A stretch of DNA of 32,000 nt, taken from Methanothermus fervidus DSM 2088. GTDB lineage: Archaea; Methanobacteriota; Methanobacteria; DSM-2088; Methanothermaceae. The translations under genes and the position numbers were made by a program. Within the stretch, counting starts at the first letter, position 1, and the number at the start of each line of letters is the position of its first letter. Of the stretch, positions 1 through 8,026 are shown in pieces. The notes beneath the pieces are model-generated. The model worked only from the letters and a program-made list of their open reading frames with translations, was not told where the DNA came from and did no database searches. The stretch covers positions 1,020,001 through 1,052,000 of the forward strand of contig CP002278.1 in NCBI GenBank assembly GCA_000166095.1, written 5' to 3'.

Positions 1-458
1 TTATAGAATATCTTTGATCCAATAAAATCAAATATCTTTTTCCTAATTGTTTTTGAGAATCTTGGTGCTGAACCTCTTGGCTGCAATACATAAGGAACAT
101 TATATTTTCTTGCATAATAATAAGCAACTAAAGCTAAGAAATTACGGAACTCATGTATATGAACAATATCATAATCCTTAATCTCTTTTCTAGCAACTAT
201 TGGCATATAATAAGGTAGCGGGATGTTATGTGAAGATAAGAACATAGACAAATTTCTAAAATAATAAACATTGATGCCATCAACATTGATAGCTCTATTC
301 TTAACAACATTAATTCTCCTCTTAAATCCGTCTGTTGTATAAACAGTTACATCATGACCTAATTTAGCTTGCCTATAACTTATTTCATATACAGATCTTG
401 GAGGTCCTCCAGCTTCCCAAGATGGTTTAAAATATGGAACAACGTGAAGAATCTTCAT
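1..458 (-). CDS. Glycosyltransferase, GT4-type (GT-B fold), N-terminal part only. The 3' end lies beyond the window.
   Basis: The minus-strand frame is open from ATG 458-456 to the window edge. My translation begins MKILHVVPYFKPSWEAGGPPRSVYEISYRQAKLGHDVTVYT, a typical GT4 N-terminal domain signature. The ATG lies 1 nt downstream of the TAA (462-460) of the preceding gene. Confidence 0.8.
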   Translation of the reverse strand, partial: MKILHVVPYFKPSWEAGGPPRSVYEISYRQAKLGHDVTVYTTDGFKRRINVVKNRAINVDGINVYYFRNLSMFLSSHNIPLPYYMPIVARKEIKDYDIVHIHEFRNFLALVAYYYARKYNVPYVLQPRGSAPRFSKTIRKKIFDFIGSKIFY

Positions 459-459
459 T

Positions 460-1620
460 TTATCTTTCCAATAAATTTTTAAGTATTTTTTCAAATTTGT
501 CAGTTATTTTTTCCCAATCTCTTTTCTCTACATACCTTCTAGCCTTAATTCCTTCTTTCTCAATATCTATCTTCCTTGCCAAATCAATTGTCTCCTCAGG
601 TTTATCCACATAAAATACGCCATTCCCTTTGTTAAATTCCATGACTATTCCAGGTAACCTGGTTGCTATCACAGGCTTTGCCATTGCCATATATTCATAT
701 ATTTTTATTGGGACTATATCTTGCATTATTTTATGTTTATGAGCTGGTAAAACACAAATATCAGCAGCAGCTAAAAATTTTGGTATCTCATCATATTTTT
801 TCCTACCAGTGAGAATAATTTTGTTGCATTTATTAGCTATTTTCAAAAGATCATCATAGATATCTCCATCACCAACAATCATTAACTTCATATTTACATC
901 TTTTTTACACAATTCTTCGGCTAACTCTTTTAAACCAGAAAATTCATAAAGATATCCCATAAAAAATAAAAGTAATTCATTATCTTTAATTCCATATTTC
1001 TTTCTTATCTCTCTACCATCTAAACTTAAATCAAATTTACTTAAGTCTATTCCTGCCCCCAATACTTTAGTTTTTTTAGGATTAGACCCTAAATCAATAG
1101 CAAATTGGGCTAAACGCTTGTTTATTGCTAAAACCAAATCTGACTCCTTAATAATTTTTTTCATCAATATTTTTCCAAAAAATTGTAAATAATTTTCAGG
1201 AATAAGCCTATATAAAACATCTATTAAGTAATAAACAAAAGGTATGTCATGTTTTTTAGCTTCATGAACTCCTAAAAAAGAATTTAAAATTCCAAAACCC
1301 AATATAACATCAGGATCAAATTCTTTAATTTGCCTTTTTATTTCCTTTTTGTGGAAATAAAGGATAGATATATAATCAAGAATTGGAATCTTTACAATGC
1401 TTGGCCTAATCACTGTAACATTAGCCTCAGGAATTACTTTATGTACATTCCTAAATATTTTCCTTTTTTCAAAAATTTTATATCCTTTCTTTCTATAATC
1501 TATTTCGTAATCAATTACTCTTATCTCATGACCTCTCACTGACAACCTATCAATTAGATGATGCTGTTGATGTGGGTTCCTAGTTATCCAATCTGACTCC
1601 TGTAATAGAAGTATTCTCAT
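460..1620 (-). CDS. Glycosyltransferase, GT4 family (GT-B fold)
   Basis: 386 aa. The C-terminal donor-binding region is AADICVLPAHKHKIMQDIVPIKIYEYMAMAKPVIATRLPG (E-x7-E type). GAGGTGA lies 4 nt upstream of ATG 1620 and includes the TGA of the upstream gene. Confidence 0.85.
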   Translation of the reverse strand: MRILLLQESDWITRNPHQQHHLIDRLSVRGHEIRVIDYEIDYRKKGYKIFEKRKIFRNVHKVIPEANVTVIRPSIVKIPILDYISILYFHKKEIKRQIKEFDPDVILGFGILNSFLGVHEAKKHDIPFVYYLIDVLYRLIPENYLQFFGKILMKKIIKESDLVLAINKRLAQFAIDLGSNPKKTKVLGAGIDLSKFDLSLDGREIRKKYGIKDNELLLFFMGYLYEFSGLKELAEELCKKDVNMKLMIVGDGDIYDDLLKIANKCNKIILTGRKKYDEIPKFLAAADICVLPAHKHKIMQDIVPIKIYEYMAMAKPVIATRLPGIVMEFNKGNGVFYVDKPEETIDLARKIDIEKEGIKARRYVEKRDWEKITDKFEKILKNLLER

Positions 1621-1628
1621 TTTTCACC

Positions 1629-2621
1629 TCAAAACTCTGCAGATCTCTTTATTTTATCCCAATTCTCAACAAACCATTTATATGTAATCTCAAGTCCTTC
1701 TCTAAATGAAACTTTTGGTTCATAATCTAGCAATTTCTTAGCTTTTTCAATTGATGACAATAATCTCGTTTTGACATCCCATTCTCTCCTTCCAACATAT
1801 ACAACGCCTGCTTCATTCCCTGTTAATTCATTGACAATTTTTGCTAATTCAATAACCTTATGTTCCTTCCCTGAACCCAGATTTATAGCTTCTCCAATTG
1901 CTTTTTTACGAACACCCATTTTTAATAATCCTCTGACTATATCACCAACAAAGGTCCAATCTCTTGTTTCATTTCCAGTGCCTGTTATTGGAAGTGGTTT
2001 TCCTTGCATTGCCCAATAGAAGAAATTAGGTATTACATTACGATATTTTCCTGGAACTTCTCCAGGGCCATAAGCATTGAAAAACCTTGCATTCACAATT
2101 GGCAAATCATATAGATTGTAGAAGTAATTACAATAAAGTTCACCAAGTAATTTAGTTACCTGGTATGGTGTATGTAGTGAAATAGAGACGTCATCTTCTT
2201 TAAATGGAATTTTAGAATCAAGGCCATAAACTCCACATCCAGATGATGCATAAACAAATCTTTCAACTCCAACAAGTTGTGCATACTCTAAAACTTTCAG
2301 TGTTCCCAATCCATTAACTAATAAATCGGTTTCAGGATGATCAACACTATTTTGGTTTGCAAAATGTGCTGCAAGATGGAAAACATAATCTGGTCTTTCT
2401 TTATACACTCTTTTTAATATCTCATCATCAAGTATATCTCCTTCAACAAATACTATGTTTTCATGTTTTGGGATATTCCATTTGTAGGAGGAAGATAAGT
2501 TGTCAAGTATTATTACATTTGCACCTAGCTCAGCTAATTTTCTAGATAAATTACTTCCTATACATCCTGCTCCACCGGTAACTAACACGGTCTTACCATC
2601 ATATTTCTTAAGTTCTGACAT
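1629..2621 (-). CDS. NAD-dependent nucleotide-sugar epimerase/dehydratase/decarboxylase (extended SDR)
   Basis: Rossmann motif VLVTGGAGCIGSNL, catalytic YQVTK (YxxxK), and ARFFNAYGPGE. The likely start is ATG 2621 (MSELKK), preceded by GGAGAGGA and overlapping the upstream TAA as TAATG. The ORF-track start at 2636 is the alternative. Confidence 0.85.
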   Translation of the reverse strand: MSELKKYDGKTVLVTGGAGCIGSNLSRKLAELGANVIILDNLSSSYKWNIPKHENIVFVEGDILDDEILKRVYKERPDYVFHLAAHFANQNSVDHPETDLLVNGLGTLKVLEYAQLVGVERFVYASSGCGVYGLDSKIPFKEDDVSISLHTPYQVTKLLGELYCNYFYNLYDLPIVNARFFNAYGPGEVPGKYRNVIPNFFYWAMQGKPLPITGTGNETRDWTFVGDIVRGLLKMGVRKKAIGEAINLGSGKEHKVIELAKIVNELTGNEAGVVYVGRREWDVKTRLLSSIEKAKKLLDYEPKVSFREGLEITYKWFVENWDKIKRSAEF

Positions 2622-3508
2622 TATGATCCTCTCCATCGTTCCTTCATCATTCTATTTATTGAATCAAGTATTATACCTGTAAAGATAAAAAATGTTCCAA
2701 ATAGTGCCATTATACCTGCCACAATTGTAGGACCTATATTTACACTCCTGCCAATTAAATAATCTCTAAGAAATATCAATCCAAGTATCATGCCAATAAC
2801 CATAACTACTAAACCAGGCAATGTGAAATAGTAAAGTGGACGTTCAAATTCCATGTCATGTAATATTTTAGCTAAAACTTTTAAACCATGACTTATTGGA
2901 TTCTCAGAAGGTTTGCCAACATCGTATCTTGATCCAATTTCAACTTCAACAATTTTTAATCCAGCTTTTGCAGCATCGACTAACATTTCACTTTCAATTC
3001 CGAATCCATCATCCTTAAATCTAAAATATGGCATGCATTTTTTTGAAAATGCCCTAAACCCACTTTGTGTGTCTGAAATTTTAATACCTGCAGTTATATT
3101 TGTTGTTACATCCAAAACTTTTTGGCCTATTCGCCTATATTTGGGAGTTCCTGGATCTCCTCTAAGATATCTACTTCCATTAACAAAATCTGCCTTACCT
3201 TCAATTATAGGAGTTATAAGTTTGGGAATTTCATCTGGATTATGTTGAAAATCCCCATCTAAAGTAACTATTATGTCAGCATTTTTGTTTTTAGCATATT
3301 CAAAACCTGTTTTTAAGGAGGCACCTTTGCCTTTATTTTTATGATGTCTAATAACTTTAGCTCCTGCTAATTCAGCTATATCGCCAGTTCTATCAGTACT
3401 ACCATCATCTACAACAATAACGTCATCTACATATTTTTTTGTTAATAAAACAACACTGCCAATAGATAATTCCTCATTAAATGCAGGAATCACAGCAACA
3501 ACTTTCAT
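2621..3508 (-). CDS. Membrane-anchored GT2 glycosyltransferase, polyprenyl-phosphate sugar synthase type (GtrB/ArnC/Dpm1-like)
   Basis: Motifs VAVIPAFNEE, VVDDGSTD and the DxD motif LDGDFQH, plus two C-terminal hydrophobic helices (LYYFTLPGLVVMVIGMILGLIFL and GPTIVAGIMALFGTFFIFTGIIL). The likely start is ATG 3508 (MKVVAV), in an ATGA overlap with the upstream stop. The track start is 3538. Confidence 0.85.
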   Translation of the reverse strand: MKVVAVIPAFNEELSIGSVVLLTKKYVDDVIVVDDGSTDRTGDIAELAGAKVIRHHKNKGKGASLKTGFEYAKNKNADIIVTLDGDFQHNPDEIPKLITPIIEGKADFVNGSRYLRGDPGTPKYRRIGQKVLDVTTNITAGIKISDTQSGFRAFSKKCMPYFRFKDDGFGIESEMLVDAAKAGLKIVEVEIGSRYDVGKPSENPISHGLKVLAKILHDMEFERPLYYFTLPGLVVMVIGMILGLIFLRDYLIGRSVNIGPTIVAGIMALFGTFFIFTGIILDSINRMMKERWRGS

Positions 3509-4446
3509 GATTCTATACCATAATATTCTTTCATCCATTCCACAGTTCTCTTAATACCTTCCTGTGGTGGAACTTTAGGATCATGACCTAAATCTCTTTC
3601 TGCCTTTGAACAATCAACAATTTTGACTCGTGTTGTATGCGGCTCAACTTCTTTGTATCTAACTATGGAATCATCTCTACCTACAGCCTCTAAAACCATA
3701 TCAGAATATTCTTTAATGTCATATAGCCATTCCCTTCTTCCACCAACATTATATACCTCGCCAGGTTTAAAATTATCAACTATGTTAGCAAATGTTCTAA
3801 CAGAATCTTCAACATAATCTATTATCCTTTTGTGTCCTTTATAGACAGTGTATGGTTTGTTATGTAATGCATGGTAAATAAATTTAGGTATAAATCCTCT
3901 ATATGGATGGTATTTTTCACCAGGCCCATAACAATTTACTGGCCTAACTCTAACAATTTCAGATCCATGCATTCTTTCTGCATTCATACACATTAGTTCT
4001 CCTGCCCACTTGCTTATTGCATAATCATTCATTTGATATGTATCTTTTATGGGGTTATTAACCATAACATCTTCATGCATTACTCCATCGTAATCTCCAT
4101 AAACTTCTGCTGATGAAAAGAATATCAATCTAAAACCATGTTTTACTTGTAGGTTGAGAATATGTTTAGTTCCTATCACATTAGTCTCCCATAAATTCTC
4201 ATAGTAATGTTCACCATTCCATCTTCCATATTCAGCAGCTAAGTGATATACATAATCAAATTTCCAACGTTCGAAAACTCTTTCTAGCTGTCTATAATTC
4301 CTAACATCAGCTCTTATGTAATTCTCCCTATCACTATGCATCAAATCTAGAGAAATTACCTCATGTCCTCTGCTTTCTAACTCCCTAACTAGGTGTTTTC
4401 CAATAAATCCTTCTCCACCAGTCACTAAAATTCTAAATGTTTCCAT
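3505..4446 (-). CDS. NAD-dependent nucleotide-sugar epimerase/dehydratase (extended SDR)
   Basis: 313 aa. Motifs ILVTGGEGFIGKHL, SSAEVYGD, catalytic YAISK, and RPVNCYGPGE. AGGGAGAT lies upstream of ATG 4446. Confidence 0.85.
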   Translation of the reverse strand: METFRILVTGGEGFIGKHLVRELESRGHEVISLDLMHSDRENYIRADVRNYRQLERVFERWKFDYVYHLAAEYGRWNGEHYYENLWETNVIGTKHILNLQVKHGFRLIFFSSAEVYGDYDGVMHEDVMVNNPIKDTYQMNDYAISKWAGELMCMNAERMHGSEIVRVRPVNCYGPGEKYHPYRGFIPKFIYHALHNKPYTVYKGHKRIIDYVEDSVRTFANIVDNFKPGEVYNVGGRREWLYDIKEYSDMVLEAVGRDDSIVRYKEVEPHTTRVKIVDCSKAERDLGHDPKVPPQEGIKRTVEWMKEYYGIES

Positions 4447-4448
4447 TT

Positions 4449-6002
4449 TTACATCTCCCTCTTATATATCACTACTTGTCCAATTTTTTTTATTGGATAG
4501 TATCCATGAAGTGGCACAGATTTACTTGTATCACTATGTATATAATAGTATGGAGGTGCTTTATTCATAAGTCGCCAGAACAATTCCTTATCACTTTCAC
4601 TATAAATACGTGTAAAAACGTATTTTTTTAGATACCAAGTAAATGCAGGACCTCTGTCAGATGCTATAATTTTGTATTTATAATCAGGATCATATTTTTT
4701 TAGCCATTCTGCAGCAAGCTTTTCAGATTGAACCCAGGGATCACTTTTGGGCATCTCTATTAAATATATACCTGTGTTAAATATTATCAATGTAAGCAAT
4801 ACTGTCGCTATATTTTTTATTTTCGTAACTTTAGAAAATTTATGTACTCCTAATGTAAATGCATAAGCCAATGCAGGAGTCATTGTAATGAAATAGCGAT
4901 CAACCTTAACAGGATGTAATGTATGTAGAATAAAGAATGATAGAAACCATGTTAAAAATATTAAATCTAAGGCCAATCTTTTATCTTTTAAATTCCTATA
5001 TAGAGATAAAATCATTCCAAACATTATAAATTCGGCTATATAAAATGGAAAATTAAAGTAAATTGATAATGCAAGCACTATTGCTAATATAGTAGGTAAT
5101 AGGTATTTTTTTGGATTTTTAAAGGTAAATGGTATTATTCCAATGATGATGAAGATTAGTATTAAATATGAGATTAAAGTTGGTTCACTGTTAGATGGCC
5201 AAAGCATATCCTCATAATTATGTATGACTTTAGCTGAGATATATTGTGGTATATATTTGAGGTAATAGAGAAAATCTAAATTATAGCCTGGATTTGTAGA
5301 TGAAACTGCACCACCAGTAGAATATTTAATGAAAGGAACTATATTTTTTTGTCCAAATTGTTTTAAAAATTCATAGAATTCATAATAAATAAATACTCCA
5401 ATGCCAATGCTCGCTACTATTTTCTTAATATCAATTCTTTCTTTATATATGTAGAAGGTAAGAATTAGTGGGAAGATTATCAATGCAGATGTATATCTTG
5501 TTAAAAAGGAGAGAACTGCAACAGGGAATACAAAGTATAGATATCTAGAATTCTTTTTAACACCCAGTAATGCAAAATATAAACTCCATAAAGCTAAAGA
5601 TATGGATGGAACATCTAATGCTCCACTAACAGCCCACATAATGATTAAAGTGAAAGTTGCGAAAGCCGTAGCACCTAAAAATGATTCTACTTCACTAAAC
5701 TTCAACTTCAATATTAAATATAGAGCAATCACACCTAAAACATAAAAGATTGCTGACACTATGAACAATGCAGTTTCAGACACATAGCCTAGTTTAAAAA
5801 TTAAAGAAGTTAGATAAGAGAGAAATGGAGGTAAATAAAGAGTATCACTTGCACCTATGCCTGCCATTTTTGCTGCATTGTTTAGATAAAAAAATATATC
5901 CCAATAGTAAACCCCAATCTTACTTTGTATTTGAACGAGTATTATGGCAAGTATTGAGGTAAAGATAAGTAAAGTGAGAAGATACTTATCTACACCTTTC
6001 AT
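4449..6002 (-). CDS. Polytopic membrane glycosyltransferase, GT-C fold (ArnT/PMT_2/GT39-like), paralogue 2
   Basis: 517 aa with about 12 hydrophobic segments. There is a conserved acidic YWD in the first loop (GVYYWDIFFYLNNA), LTRYT and VDRYFITM motifs, and a soluble C-terminal domain of about 100 aa. The start overlaps the upstream paralogue by 17 nt. Confidence 0.7.
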   Translation of the reverse strand: MKGVDKYLLTLLIFTSILAIILVQIQSKIGVYYWDIFFYLNNAAKMAGIGASDTLYLPPFLSYLTSLIFKLGYVSETALFIVSAIFYVLGVIALYLILKLKFSEVESFLGATAFATFTLIIMWAVSGALDVPSISLALWSLYFALLGVKKNSRYLYFVFPVAVLSFLTRYTSALIIFPLILTFYIYKERIDIKKIVASIGIGVFIYYEFYEFLKQFGQKNIVPFIKYSTGGAVSSTNPGYNLDFLYYLKYIPQYISAKVIHNYEDMLWPSNSEPTLISYLILIFIIIGIIPFTFKNPKKYLLPTILAIVLALSIYFNFPFYIAEFIMFGMILSLYRNLKDKRLALDLIFLTWFLSFFILHTLHPVKVDRYFITMTPALAYAFTLGVHKFSKVTKIKNIATVLLTLIIFNTGIYLIEMPKSDPWVQSEKLAAEWLKKYDPDYKYKIIASDRGPAFTWYLKKYVFTRIYSESDKELFWRLMNKAPPYYYIHSDTSKSVPLHGYYPIKKIGQVVIYKREM

Positions 6003-7536
6003 AGATTATGGCTCCTTTAAATTTTTTAATGATTTTAAAACCTTTTAATTCAAAACCTTTTTTTGTCCATATGAAATAAGTTGCATTTGAATTTATAAGC
6101 ATTTTAGATAAATCATCTATACTCTTAAAATCATCTGGATTCCCTCTTTTCACTTCATATTTAAGATACCAACTCATTCCAATCCAATGATCTGAAAATA
6201 TAATCTTCTGTCTATAATTTGGATCATAATTTTTTAACCATGTTGCTGCATTCTCCAAATTTGAATCTAATCTATATGGAGTTATAGTGAAATAGTAACT
6301 TAAGGAAGATATAACAACGCCCACAGCTAGAAAAATTACTAATGCATTGTATTTCGAGGTTGAAATTAAATTTTTTAATTCTGAAATTCCAAGCATCAGA
6401 ATGTATGTTAGTGGAATAACCATCGTTATAAAGTACCTATCAACTTTGAGACATATTAAGCTATGAGCAAACAAATAGGTTAAAAACCATGTGAATACCA
6501 TTAAATCTAGTTTTGGAATTTTAGATTTTGAATAAAGAAATAACATGCAAGGAATTAATAACAATTCAGGTATAAGGTAAATTAGTTGATATTTCAATGA
6601 TAAAATTGTTAAAAAAATTGTTGGGATAATTCCATAAATTGCCCTATGTCTTTTTAAATATAAAGAAATCCCCAAAATTGAAAGAAAAGCTAAAACATAA
6701 CTTATTGGGGATGTGTATCCCATACTTGGATTTAGATATGTACCTAAATACTCTTTTGAAGGAAAGCTACTTATGTATTGTAAAATATGTTTTAGATAGT
6801 AGAAACTATCTAGATTGAATCCTGGATATTCTGGATTAGGTGTGCCTGGAATTCCAATGCCTAAAAAGATGAAAGGATTACCTACTTTTAAATATAAAAA
6901 ATACATGAAGGAAATTAAAATAGGACTCCCAAATGCAGCTCCTATCATCAATTCTTTAATATTTTTAAATCTACTCACAATCAAATATGTTAAAATAGGA
7001 ATAACCAATAGTCCTGCTGTATATCTTGTTAAAAAAGCTAGAAGATAAAGAATTGGTGTAAAAAACAAAAATTTTTTGTTTTTTTCCATACCATAAACAA
7101 ATGTGAAAATTGTCCATACACTTAGCATGGCTCCAGGAACATCCAGTGTTCCAGCAACCATCCATGCAAGCACAACAGACATGCATGAAAGAATTAATGT
7201 TCCTGCAAAACTTTCAATAGTTGTAAATCTAAGTCTTAAAAATAAATATGTTCCTAAAACTCCTAATACATATATTATCCCACATATTACAAACAAAACA
7301 ACTTCAGATACTCCTACAACCTTAAATAACATCCCAGTTAAAAATGGGATTAAAGGAGGAAGATATTGTTTATATCCTGGACTAATTCCAGCAAACATTA
7401 AAGCATTCCAAAGATATATGTACGTATCCCAGTATACTACCCCAAGTTTTACCTGAAGATTTAAAAAATAAATCGTTATTAATGTTATAAAGAGTAATAA
7501 AACTGAAATCATTTTTTTATCTTTTTTTGGATGCAT
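5986..7536 (-). CDS. Polytopic membrane glycosyltransferase, GT-C fold (ArnT/PMT_2/GT39-like), paralogue 1. First gene of the operon.
   Basis: 516 aa, collinear with the 4449-6002 product (GVVYWDTYIYLWNA, LTRYTAGL, VDRYFITM, WLKNYDPNYRQKIIFSD). AGGAGGGA lies 5 nt upstream of ATG 7536. Confidence 0.7.
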   Translation of the reverse strand: MHPKKDKKMISVLLLFITLITIYFLNLQVKLGVVYWDTYIYLWNALMFAGISPGYKQYLPPLIPFLTGMLFKVVGVSEVVLFVICGIIYVLGVLGTYLFLRLRFTTIESFAGTLILSCMSVVLAWMVAGTLDVPGAMLSVWTIFTFVYGMEKNKKFLFFTPILYLLAFLTRYTAGLLVIPILTYLIVSRFKNIKELMIGAAFGSPILISFMYFLYLKVGNPFIFLGIGIPGTPNPEYPGFNLDSFYYLKHILQYISSFPSKEYLGTYLNPSMGYTSPISYVLAFLSILGISLYLKRHRAIYGIIPTIFLTILSLKYQLIYLIPELLLIPCMLFLYSKSKIPKLDLMVFTWFLTYLFAHSLICLKVDRYFITMVIPLTYILMLGISELKNLISTSKYNALVIFLAVGVVISSLSYYFTITPYRLDSNLENAATWLKNYDPNYRQKIIFSDHWIGMSWYLKYEVKRGNPDDFKSIDDLSKMLINSNATYFIWTKKGFELKGFKIIKKFKGAIIYERCR

Positions 7537-7671
7537 AATATCCCTCCTACTTGAATTTATCTTTAAATGAAATATCCGCCAATAAAATTAAATATCTTGA
7601 AATATTCTATGGATTAACAATGCCTTTCATGCTCAACAAATCTACATTTAATTTTCCTTCAATTGTTTATC

Positions 7672-7679
7672 TTTATATA
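7672..7679. promoter_or_regulatory. Consensus archaeal TATA box (TTTATATA) of uncertain orientation in the divergent control region
   Basis: Exact TTTATATA at 7672-7679. Its reverse complement, TATATAAA, is also TATA-like, so it could serve the minus-strand glycan operon (giving a leader of about 110 nt) or an unannotated plus-strand transcript. Confidence 0.3.
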
Positions 7680-7933
7680 AGTTGATATTACTAAGTGATA
7701 TTAAAATTAAAAAACCAGTTTTAAGGGTTAAAGAATGAGAATAAACATTTTCCTATAAAAATATTTTTAGATATCTAATATTTTCCTATTATACTTAACA
7801 TTTTATCTTTATTTACGATGACGCCCTCAAAGATTAGAGATTATTAATTAGATATATTAAAAGATTTTAATCTCTTTTTATTTTATCTAAAACAATTTCT
7901 CCTTGCTTCTTATCCACGTTTTCTTTCGAAAAA

Positions 7934-7941
7934 TTTATATA
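7934..7941 (+). promoter_or_regulatory. Archaeal TATA box with an A-rich BRE-like flank, for the 8027 gene
   Basis: GAAAAATTTATATATTGG contains an exact TTTATATA at 7934-7941. The usual TATA-to-TSS spacing of about 25 nt predicts a transcription start near 7962-7968, about 60 nt before the start codon. Confidence 0.45.
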
Positions 7942-7968
7942 TTGGTTTAATGTGTATGCCTTATTGTG

Positions 7969-7993
7969 GTGGGGCATCCAAAGGGTGCCCCAC
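7969..7993 (+). promoter_or_regulatory. GC-rich stem-loop in the 5' leader of the secreted cell-wall protein gene
   Basis: GTGGGGCA (7969-7976) is perfectly complementary to TGCCCCAC (7986-7993). The stem can extend inward (U-G, C-G, C-G) to 11 bp around an AAA triloop. It lies immediately after the predicted TSS and 5 nt before the GGAGGGAG SD at 7999-8006. Confidence 0.5.
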
Positions 7994-8026
7994 AAGTAGG
8001 AGGGAGATAATATTCCGCCGTGTAAA

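Noticed and set aside
5986-6002. A possible programmed frameshift or fusion between the two GT-C genes, because of their 17-nt overlap
   Set aside because: The downstream gene has its own ATG and a full-length N-terminus homologous to the N-terminus of the upstream paralogue. There are therefore two complete genes, and the overlap is ordinary translational coupling.
7836-7879. An AGAGATTA / TAATCTCT inverted repeat followed by T5, resembling an intrinsic terminator
   Set aside because: The stem is AT-rich, the loop is 24 nt, and no upstream plus-strand gene exists to terminate. Archaeal termination does not require hairpins. I keep it only as a possible end of a hypothetical sRNA, for which I have no evidence.
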